This document shows positions 27,028 to 37,461 of a stretch of 64,000 bases of DNA, one piece after another; position 1 is the stretch's first letter, and every line of letters begins with the position of its first letter. The DNA lies in the NCBI GenBank assembly GCA_965235115.1, contig OZ249445.1:8804001-8868000 (forward strand). Direction: 5' to 3'. Below the pieces are notes generated by a model, which was not told the origin of the DNA, ran no database searches, and saw nothing but the letters and a program-made list of their open reading frames with translations. The translations under genes and the position numbers were made by a program. The DNA is from Laetmonice hystrix. Its lineage: Eukaryota.

Positions 27028-27787
27028 TACTTTCTCTTCTACTAGTTCTACTCCTGCCAACTTTGAGAGCCCTGCAAGTGGTGCTCGACTGGCCACCTCG
27101 GTTGGTCACCATGCCAATGGCTCACTCCGAGGTCAACCCAAGCCCAACACTGCCTGCGGCCTCCCGATGACCACCCTCCCGACTAGATCTACCCCCCTCC
27201 CGTCAGACCACAACAGGTGTTGGGATGTCCCCTCTGTTTCACTCGTCCGACTTACATTTTAAAAATTTTACTCGCCCAAATACATTTTTTAGTCTTCTCG
27301 GACAATCGGACGTAGATTTTTATTGAGCCCTGATAAGCTAAATATATAGTTCTGCTCTATTGACAGATGAACTGGGTACCCTAACATCATTCCAAAGTTA
27401 CCATATGCCTACTCACTACTGTAGTCGTGTAGACCTAGGCTCTCCTTTGCCATATTGAGAGGCGGGCACCCCAATCTGGGCAAGCGGAGTACCTGACCAA
27501 ACACAACCCAAAGACAATCTTTGGATTTTCTCTATCTTAAACTAGTTAAAGGGTCACAGTTTTTCGACTGACTTTGCATTTTTCTTATGGTAGTTTAAAG
27601 AGGTCAGAAATAAATATTCCTACCCTGAAAATAGCATTGATTGGCCTGTGATCAAGGCATGATGGGATGATCCATCCAGAGCGCAGTGATTGATTATTCC
27701 ATTCCACACTGGGGGTGGACACGGTGGACATTTTCGACCCCAGCCAAGTTGTCCGTCGCTGGCAGAAGGTTGTCACCTGCACCCCAG

Positions 27788-27961
27788 GCCCCGGTTTTCA
27801 GTTCGTCATTTTACCAATCTTAAGACTGGAATCTTAAGGCTGACTTGTGTTATGGTCTCTCATTGGCTGACTTCATTTGAAGGACCAATAAGAAGCTCTG
27901 AAACAAGAGTTCAGTCTTAAGATTTGAATCTTAAAACTGTTTCCAAACTAAAAACCTGGCC
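27788..27961. mobile_element. Harbinger-like MITE
   Basis: CAG|GCCCCGGTTTT ... AAAACCTGGCC|CAG, with internal inverted CTTAAGACTG/CAGTCTTAAG. Confidence 0.55.
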
Positions 27962-28569
27962 CAGGAGGCCGACAGCAGCAGAGAAGCCCTAGTCAGTGTC
28001 AATATAGTGACTGTAGTCATTGACTACTAGTGAGTGCCGGTGGGAATAAAAATCAAAACTTGTATGTGTTATGACTCATCCACCTTTTTGTCTGCATTAC
28101 CCATGCACAAATTATTGTTTAGAAAAATGTGTTTTTACATGGGGGGGGGGGGGTCGCCACTGTCACTATGGCGCACATTAAAATGATCCGGGCGCACTGA
28201 ACTACATCCGGGCGCATTGGACAGGGGGCCTCTGCGCCCGGAGGGCGCACTCTATCTCGCCCCCAATTTTACACCCTGCCAAAGTGAATTTTGCTGTACA
28301 CCAAAATTTAGTCAATAGAGGGGGGCGTGGCCCCGTTGGAAGTTATGCCATTTCTCAGCCAAGACAACGGTTTTCCCCAAAAGTTTTAATTTAAATAACT
28401 ATTTAATTAAATAACTAAATAACATTCATTTAACTATAGAATGCCTCACAAAAGATTCAACAGGCGTTCGAAAATGTGATTCTTCAAATTCTGCCCCTGT
28501 CTTTATAACAGGCCAGTGACATGATGTTAGTGTTTTTTTGATCATTTTTACTGTTTGCAACTCTTTCAG

Positions 28570-28672
28570 GCGACAATGAGAGGGTCAGAATGGTGAAGTT
28601 CAATCTTGGATGAAGGAGAGGTTGGAAGTTTGAGCAGGCTGAAGGACACTACATCAAGGCCAGGGGTCATCG
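28570..28672 (+). other. Orphan exon-like segment, apparently non-coding
   Basis: Acceptor ctctttcAG and consensus donor GTAAGT; stops in all three frames. Confidence 0.35.
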
Positions 28673-29955
28673 GTAAGTACATGATAACAGGGTTCTCATG
28701 CAACTGGGAAATCGGGATAACCGGGAATCACATATTAGAAATTCTCGGTCAGTGAAACTGGGAATTCTGACTTAAAACGGGGAACTTTAAGTCAAAAATC
28801 TAGTCGTGGCTATGGCAGCCAGGTATACTGATTGAGCCAGACTGGGCCAGCCAGATCAACCTTCCAACGATATGATGCCATCCAATGTTGACAATTTTCC
28901 TATATTTCCCCCAAATGCTTTCAACATCACGCAGAAAAGATTTATAGATAATACCCAGGGATTAAGCCAGGATTTTGAAAAAGAGGGACACCATGTCCCA
29001 GTGCCCAGAATACTAGGGGACATTTTTAATATTTGGGGGACAACTGAGTCACTTGACGAGGAGCACTGGCAACTGCTGTTCTGCCTAATACTGTATAATG
29101 TGTTGTTCTTGTTATCATGTTCCTAATATAATACTACAGTACTGGTGTTCACAAATGAGTCAACCCAGACAACACTGTCTTTAGGGCGGGAAGGCCATAA
29201 CGTAATAAAGAAACAAAGTCGATAGATGGCGCTTCTTTATATCACACTAGGTGGCAGCATTGGCATGCCTCTCTTAAGGTAGGCCCTCCAAGGTGGAACA
29301 TTATGACGCAGCTAAGCTACGGTATATAATAAGGGGACATTTGGTTAATATTTTGCGCCAATGGCGCGTGGGTGCGCTCTAGCTAAATCCCTGCATACCT
29401 GCCTTTTGTTTTAGCCGAGAAAAGAACGATAGACTCTAATCTGGACATATTATTAACATTATTTGTCAGTCATGCACCGTCAACCCGTTCTTGCGCACTT
29501 TCATAGCTGCAGTGTTCTAACCAGAGATATTTCTCACAGTGGGGGGAAGGTGATGGACAAACACCAAAGGTGTGCAGTCGCGAGCGCTGAAGACGCCAAG
29601 CCCCACCAGAGGGGGGGTCTGGGTGGGTTCTCCCCCCAGGAAAATTTTGAAAACATGCTCTTTAAATGGTGCATTTGAGATGAATAAAGGCAGCGGAAGG
29701 AGTTGTCAGCGCGGGGGAGCGCCGCGGCGCCGCGGTTCAGTTAGAACCCTGAGCTGTAACCGACAATGACGACCCTACTAGGCCTATAGAGGTTATGCAC
29801 TGACATCACAGAATCACGCGACTCACGCATTGTCTGCCATTTTGGACGTACTGATTGTGTCGTGTGCCATAGGGGGTGGGAGACGCCATGTTCCACGCGC
29901 GCTGTGTCCCGGCTTCCATGTCCCAGGTCCCGGCTTCCATGTACCAGGTCCTAGC

Positions 29956-30295
29956 CTGGGCTTCCTCTTGCCAATCATCTACTTTAGCCACCGTGGCTAA
30001 ACGGGTAACCAAATCCTGTAGCCACATCAGAATTTTTTTAGCCACATCTTGAGACTCCCGACCGAAAAAAGACAATGCCACTGATACGTGAAATAAACAC
30101 TTTTTCATACAACATGGAACATTTCATGTGTAGGCCTAGGTTTAGCGGTCTGATGGCAATAATTTCCTTGCCTTTCTGGGAATTTTTATATTTGCCAGTG
30201 TGGCGAAAATATGGTATTTTTTGCAATATTTTCTTTCTCCATTTTGCTCTGTTTTTCGCCAATGCGAACGTGGCGAACGGCTAGCGGAAGCCCAG
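29956..30295. mobile_element. hAT-like MITE with 5-bp TSD (family also at 63658-63902)
   Basis: CTAGC|CTGGGCTTCC ... GGAAGCCCAG|CTAGC; internal sequence aligns in reverse orientation with 63658-63902. Confidence 0.7.
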
Positions 30296-30528
30296 CTAGC
30301 TGCCTAGCTGCCTGCTTTTATTTCCCAAATATACGTCCCATTCACTGGTTACCCCTCAAAAACTGTATCGTAATTCTGAACTATATCTATGCCTATAGCC
30401 TAGTGTATGGCTACAGACGCCCGGTGGGGTTGGTGTCAGCCGGCATCACCTCAGGTATAGGCCGGGGCTGAGGGCTGGCGGGTGGCCAGCCGGCATCACC
30501 GGTATAGGCCGGTGTGGCGCAAATATAG

Positions 30529-30906
30529 CAGGCCTCGAATTAGAAGTTAAAAGGGGCACGGCAAAAATTGCCGTCGAGGGCCTTGTTTAAAGGAGGGCAC
30601 CACGGCATTTTCAACAAGTTTAGAAGGGCACCACGGCAAATTTACTTCTCCAAAACCAAACCTCGCATGTCTGGCTGAACAGTAAAACAAGGAACCTTCA
30701 CACTTTAGGTTAGTGGTGTTGGTGATCACTAGAGGATCGATGTCAGGGATGATTTGGCGATGGCTGGTTACAGCTGAAGGGCACATGGTAGCAAGGGAAA
30801 AGGGCACGACGGCACTGGACTGCCGTCGATGGGGCAAAAAATAGGAGGGCGCCACGGCAAATGGAAGGGGCACGACGGCAATTGCCGTCGTGTAATTCGA
30901 GACCTG
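30529..30906. mobile_element. hAT-like MITE with 6-bp TSD
   Basis: ATATAG|CAGGCCTCGAATTA ... TAATTCGAGACCTG|ATATAG; repeated GGGCAC(C/G)ACGGCA subterminal motifs. Confidence 0.8.
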
Positions 30907-31165
30907 ATATAGTATACTTAGTCCGTCTAAAATAGTAGTCGGTATGGGGCACCTCGATAGGAGCAAAAGCAGAGGCCGTAAAAATAGTAGTCCAAGTTTA
31001 ACTGGCCCGTTCTTTAAATTTTAAGCAGAAGTCCATAAATGCACCAGTTGTAGACCCGGGGCCTTTCAACCTAATTTAAGATAACGCGGCGCTGTGAAAG
31101 TTAGGTGACACGAACCCGAGGTGCAGCCAATGTTACCATGCATGGCGTAGGCAGGCGTAGGCCGC

Positions 31166-32050
31166 TGTAACGGATATGTGTATTGTAGTTCTGCGCTACC
31201 GTACCATCGTAGTTGTAGCCGGCTGTACCGGAAGTTGTTCGTTGAGTAAACTGTCTGAAACACACCACGTTGTGTCTGTCCACCACCGAGCATTACATGG
31301 TGTCAGAAGTGGGATTTACGACGTAACAATCAAGCTGGGGTGGATGTTAATATTCCGCTAAGGATAGACTGTGAGCAGGTAGACTTTGATGCTGTCTGTG
31401 GACTATTTTAGCAAGTATATCGAGGTGGACCGGCTCCCTGACCAATAGAGGTCCTGAAAGCACAGATCTGCAGGCACGGAATCCCAGAGGTTCTGCGCAG
31501 TGACAATGGTCCCCAATATAACTCCCAGGAGTTCGCTAAGTTCGTGAAGGCGTATGGAGTTCGGCATATTACGTCATCGCCAGCCTATCCTTAGTCGAAT
31601 GGGGAAGCGGAGCGAGCTGTGCAGACGGTGAAAAGACTGTGGACCAAGTGTGTAGACAAGCAGCTAGCACTGTTGGACTACAGAGCCGCACCGCTGGAGA
31701 GTTGCGGTCTGTCGCCAGCACAGCTGTCCATGAGTCGGAGGCTGCGTACCAAACTGCCGTTAGCAAAAGCATTGCTACGTCCTGCTGCCTATGATACAGG
31801 TGAGGTCCGGTCACGACTGGAAGCAGACAAGACATGGCAGAAGCTATATTGTGATCGCAGAGCAGCAGGAGACAAGCCAGTGTCGCAGTCGGGCGATCCA
31901 GTAAGGATGCAGGTGCCTGGAACCAATAGATGGCTACAGGCAAAGGTTGTGCAACACCATGATGCGCCGCACTCATATGTGGTTGAGTGCCAGGGCCGCA
32001 AATACAGACGGAACCGGAAATTTCTGAGGTTGTGTGCTCTACAGAGTCCC
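31166..32050 (+). mobile_element. Internally deleted Ty3/Gypsy remnant: LTR end, tRNA-Leu PBS and degenerate integrase
   Basis: ...TTACA|TGGTGTCAGAAGTGGGATT (PBS 31298-31316), then VDYFSKYIEV, RSDNGPQYNSQEF, ITSSPAYP*SNGEAERAVQTVK and C-terminal RRNRKFLR, with stops and frameshifts. Confidence 0.85.
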
Positions 32051-32607
32051 CATCCCCTCCAGCACCTGCTGACGTCAAATTCGGGGGCCCTGTTCCCCCC
32101 CAATCCACCACGGCAGGGGGGGAGCCTATTTAACTTAATACGTATCATTCAAAGTTCCCTGCCAAAATAGATAGGTCTATACCATTATGTATAGCATTAC
32201 GATTAGTTCACACCATCAAAATCACATTTCTTATTTCATAAATGATACCTAAAATATCAGAAAAAAGGCTTACCGAGTTTATAAGCTCTACATTACGACC
32301 GTGTTTACAAGTGGCAGCGCATTCCGAGCACATTATGAAAGGCGCCACCTCAGTGGTTAATAATGAGTCTAATTGTGACGCTCTCTATATAATTGTTAGT
32401 AATTGTGTCTTCATGATTGTGATTGTGTCAGCATAATTAAGTAGATTCGGAACCAATCACGTTCTTTCTTACAACCTCTGACCGTGCTGTTGGTCTCGAT
32501 TTTCGTGTTAACCCATTGTTCTCTATAGGGAGTACACGGCTAGGGGTGGTAGAACTTAGCCCCTATATCTTCTTTTAGGCCAGTGTGCTCATATTAATTA
32601 ATAACCG

Positions 32608-33378
32608 CAGGGCTCGATCTTCCCATTTTTTGCCACTAGCCAGCCGGGCTTGTGGCTGGCAAAAGTCACTAGCCCGTGACAGATTTCACTAGCCCGAACA
32701 GAAAAACTATAACTAAATGATCATGATGCTATATCTATGTCATGACATTGCCAATCATGGCTCCACATGATGAGTTTTTGTTAGTTTTTTATTTGACCGC
32801 AAATCTGCCCAAGGTCAATGGCGTCAAAAAACCGGAAGGTAATAAGTTAGGCTAGTCTATCATTCGTTTACCTCCCCCGGGTATTAAGCACAGTAACATG
32901 TAACTGTTGTACGTAAAGTTAATTTGCATACGTGGGTGAAAGCAAGCGTTGGCACAGCCTAAAAGCAAAGACAAAACTCTGCTAAAATCAATTTGCATAC
33001 GTGAGCTTCCGCTAATCCAGCATCAGTTACCCTCCCCCGGCTGCCACAGAGTAACAGATACTCTGTGGTAGATAACAGGTTAATTTGCATACGGGAGTGA
33101 AAACAATTGCTGGCAAAGCCAATGCAAATGATGCAGGTCACCACAACCCACCAACCCTTTACAGCATCAATGAACTCTCTGCCATGGCGGTGCGACGGGC
33201 GACTCCACCTAAAGTAGGGGTGTCAGGTTGCGAGCTGCCTGCCATGGGGGGACATTCACGGGGGGAAAGGCTGCCAACTTCTACTCGCCAGCCGGGCGAC
33301 TAGACTGGGATTTTTCAGTCGCCCGAGCCGACTTTTCACTCGCCACGGATCCCGGGCGAGTGCGAAGATCGAGCCCTG
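32608..33378. mobile_element. hAT-like MITE with 6-bp TSD
   Basis: TAACCG|CAGGGCTCGATCTT ... AAGATCGAGCCCTG|TAACCG; subterminal ACTAGCC and CTCGCC motifs. Confidence 0.85.
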
Positions 33379-33749
33379 TAACCGTCCTTTCAAAAAAACA
33401 AAGTTGACGTTTAGCGCCCGGTTGGATGGAAGGAAGGACTACTAATTTGACGGACTACTATTTTGACGCCTATAGGCGCCAAAATAGTAGTCCGGACTAC
33501 TATTTTGTGCAGACTACTATCCTGAAGCTACACCGGGACTGAGGGCTGGCGGGTGGTCAGCCGGTATCGCCTCAGGTAGGCCTGTGGCTGGGGTGAGAAC
33601 AAGGAAGCGTTGGGCATGTCATAAGTAGGCTATAACCCATAGTTTCTAAGCAACTTAACAACAGCTGTAAGTTTGGCTGATGAAATGCACTGCCAAGATA
33701 ACTTGAAACTTGGAAACTTGGTAGATTAGTCGTTCTTGCCATTTGGCAC

Positions 33750-33990
33750 GACTCTCAGATTTCTCTTGAAGGAATCCACAGAAGGTGCGCCAGCTGTCGT
33801 AGCTGGAATCGTCGATAACTCGGTGTGGAAAAAAGTTCAGAGCAACACATCTAGGCTTGAACAGCTTCCAAGAGTGTCCCCTCAGGTTCCTGTGAGGACG
33901 CTGGAAAAGCTTCTCTGACGAGATCTTGTAAGATTCATGCAGAAACTTGTATGTCTCGGTTGAGTCCGATAGGCCTTCACGGAAACTTAT
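33750..33990 (-). mobile_element. CR1/L2-type LINE ORF2 C-terminal fragment
   Basis: ETYKFLHESYKISSEKLFQ...RGHSWKLFKPRC...NFFPHRVIDD, the typical post-RT C-terminus of CR1-clade LINEs. Confidence 0.7.
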
Positions 33991-35225
33991 CCGGGGAACA
34001 TGCCAGCCTGGCCCGTGGGACATGGCAGCCGAGTCCATGGGACATGGCAGCCGACCCCTGGGACATAGCGCCCAGGTACATGGCGAGCAGGGTACATGGC
34101 AGCTGGGAATCACCGTAGGCATAGCATTAGCACTGTAGGCATAGTCTAGGCCTATACCGTGCATTTTCGGCAGTTTAAGTACTCTCTAAATAATGGGGCT
34201 ATAGAAGTCAAAGTAACACCATTGTACTTGTAGAGCTAAGATCACGGTCTTCATCACCGAGAAAGGATGAATGAGGGAGCAGTTTGTGAATATGCCAGAA
34301 CTGCAGAAGATGTGTCGAAATAGGGGGGGGGATCACGTCTTTGTGGCGGTAAATTTATCATAACAAATATAATAATCATCTTTTCAAGTTCTTTCTTCGT
34401 TTCCTACATAAGAATGAAATTCAACATTAGATTGGTATTAACATTTAATTGTTACGTGAAACATTGACATTGTCAACATGAACAAAGGATGCACGCAGAA
34501 ATTAATTTCCCATTTTTAATGCTCAAAAGTCTACTGCAGTACTGGCTGCGGGCGTGGGCTGTTATGTGTTAGAGCCGTCAACAGGTTCGTGTAGTGATCG
34601 CCAGAGACTGGGCAGAGTACTCAGCACTGGCTACAATTTTATAGCTGGATTACATTTGCTTGTTCTGTCATTGTCAATTATGACATCATAGAGTTCTACT
34701 ACATATTTTGATACACAATATTACAATGTTACTCTGGCAAAAAGACAACCGTTGCTGTGACGTCCTCGAGACGATGTGCGGCATAGCTGAGAGCCTTTAT
34801 CTGTAGACTCCACTATTTTGTTGTCTGGCTCTCCTTTTATCGAAGGATGCTTTAAAATAATAGAAGCAGAAACTAAAAACAAGGCGCAAAATAATCCAGA
34901 AAGTTTGACTAGCAAAATAAGAGATTTATACTGAACATTTTGGAAAATTATTAGCAAAATGCATCAGTTGTATAGCAGTTTGCGATGCGAAACAGGTTAT
35001 TTTGCTGCTTGAAAAAGGTCAGTAGATATTCTCACAGAATATTATTGCATTATAATTTAGCTCTGGTTCTAAAACATGACCGTCGGCATGCCCCTGATCC
35101 GACAAAGCCAAGTTAGATTTGAACTGGCTGTCTGTACAGTTGTGATATTTTAACGTCATTAATAAGTTTTAATTTCCAAACAAAGCTTGCTGCACATGTA
35201 GTCGTAAATCTATCAAGAGTCTCAC

Positions 35226-35590
35226 CAGGGGTCGATTTCGACGGGAGTCCGTGAGTCCGAGACTCCCAAAAATTGGGACGGCAGCCACCTGACCAGGAGT
35301 CCGGCTGTCTCCTAGATATTTACACACAGATTGATGCAGGTTTTAACCCAGGACCAGGTGACGATTGCCCAGTCACGGTGAACCGAATATCTGCTACTCA
35401 GCAGGGGTCACAAGACTGATATGTTTCACTCAGCCCCCCTCCCCCGTCATGGCTTGATTACTTGTTTGTTTGTGCCAAACTATTATGGCATGACACCGTC
35501 TGATAGCGGATAGCGGACTCCCACTTTTTTTGGCGGACTCCTAGAGTTTGCAACTTGGGAGTCCTGCTGACTCCTAAAAAATCACACAGA
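35226..35590. mobile_element. Truncated hAT-like MITE
   Basis: Left end CAGGGGTCGATTT with GGAGTCC/GGACTCC subterminal repeats; right TIR degraded. Confidence 0.45.
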
Positions 35591-36286
35591 GGTGAGGTGG
35601 TGTAGGTTTGATACCTAGGCTAAGCGAATCAGTCATGTGCACTAGTCGGCTGGCGGGCGTCTGGCTGACAGTGCCGGGAAAGGCGGTGTCGCTGCCTGGG
35701 GTGAGGTGTGAGTTGATGGGGGAAACATTACAAAATACGCCTTGCAGATCAGACAACCCAGACCTTGCCATTATATGTCTGCCCCAAGTCTGGAGCAGTG
35801 TTTAGGTCCACCCAGCTGAAGATGGCGACCAAGTGAAAGTGAAAAAATAATTGAGGATTTAAATATTTTTTTTAATTTAAAACAATTCTCCCGGGTTTTC
35901 AGAGAATTTTGGTCTGGGCCACTGACATGCCTGTACAAGGAATTCCAGCCGGAAGGTAAAAAAAATCTAAGAAGCGCTCGTCATGTAAAATTTTGTACGT
36001 CAGTTCATGTGGTTGCCAGTGACAATGATAGCTTTGATGACAGCGATGACTATTGCTACACTCTGTCAGATGAACCTGTCAAGAGGTATGAAAACAGTCA
36101 AGTTCAGGTCGCAAGGAAAGGTCACACCTGTACAGTGTCAACTCGACACAGGAGCTTCAAGAAACACGATGCCTCTGGAGATTTACCGACAGATTACTGG
36201 GTCAACTTCAAATCTACAACCATCTTTTCTACGACTCGGTTATGCACATATGATGGACAAACGATGGTCCTATCCGTATACATGTT

Positions 36287-36440
36287 CAGGGCTCGAAAAA
36301 ACCTACGTCCGATCGTCCGAGACGACTAGAATATGTCTCTGGGCAAGTAAAATTTAAGGTTTGTGTAGTATGTCTTGGTTACTACTTGCCCGAAGGGCAA
36401 GTTCGGGCAAGTAAAACTGTTAGATCTTTTTCGAGCCCTG
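36287..36440. mobile_element. hAT-like MITE nested in the Gypsy element, apparent 5-bp TSD
   Basis: ATGTT|CAGGGCTCGAAAAA ... TTTTTCGAGCCCTG|ATGTT; internal GGGCAAGT repeats. Confidence 0.8.
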
Positions 36441-37045
36441 ATGTTGAAGTTGTGGAGAAAGCTCCGGTCACGTTATTGTCAGGTAACACTGGAGAGAAGC
36501 TAAACCTACTGACTGTCAATGACAGTCATGTTAGTCATGCACTGCGGTCTAGCGCACAACAAGATGGCTAGGTGACAAGGCTTGCATCTTGCGGGATTAC
36601 AAAGATGTCCTCACTGGTCTGGGAAAAATTAATTGGCACATGATTACACATCAAGACGGACCCGAATGTGAAGCCAGTCCAAAACCACTCAAGGAGAGTT
36701 CCTGTGCCACTCCAAAGGGAGCTCAAAGACAAGTTACAGGAAATGGAGCGGAAAGGAATTATCTGCAGAGTTAACATGCCAACTCCATGGATTAACAGCA
36801 TGGTTGCTGTAAAAACTCCTTCAAAGCTTCGGATCTGTCTGGATCCTCAGGAGTTGAACAAAGCGGTTTATCGCAACCATTTTCCAACGCAGACGTTAGA
36901 AGAATTCGCTCCTAAGTTAAGCTCAGCTCATATCTTCACAGTCGTTGACGCCAAAGATGGTTTTTAACCAAATAGTTTTTGATGATAAAACAAGCTTCCT
37001 AACAACTTTTTGGTTTCGGTGGTTGCGCTTACCATTTGGGATTAA

Positions 37046-37461
37046 AGACTGACATGGTGTGCCATCCGGCAAATGCTAATGTGGTACCAGGCGCCCACGC
37101 CCAGCCAATCGGAAGGCGGTCCAATCAATGGGTGAGAAATAGCCAGTCACGGATGATTGACAGGCGAATACAATAGAGCAGGGGTCATCGGACCGCAATT
37201 TTCAAATCCAAAGGCCAGGCAAGAGTAGAAATTGGTATTGATTTTCGATCATTTCTAATGTTCATCGATTCCTGGCCTCGACACTGTAGTGTAGGTATAT
37301 TAGGATGCCCTCTGACGATTATGCAGTTTGGGCATGTGAATGCGATGGATTTCGCCCGTTATTGCCAAAAACCATGGCATGGGACCTCTTCACTCAGCGA
37401 TGTCTGGGAACCAAATGAGCTGGTGGGCGTCACCCTTCCCTTTTATAGTGCACATCGGTCT
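37046..37461. mobile_element. TTAA-targeted insertion (Kolobok-like termini) in the Gypsy RT
   Basis: TTAA|AGACTGA ... TCGGTCT|TTAA. Removing it restores RT RLPFGINSAPEEF. Confidence 0.7.

Larger units (their letters stand above)
30513..33532. mobile_element. Ginger1-like non-autonomous element with nested insertions
   Basis: CCGG|TGTGGC ... GCTACA|CCGG (4-bp CCGG TSD, TGT...ACA termini), with AAAATAGTAGTCC subterminal motifs inverted at both ends. It interrupts a ~50-bp tandem repeat that resumes after 33536. Confidence 0.6.
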
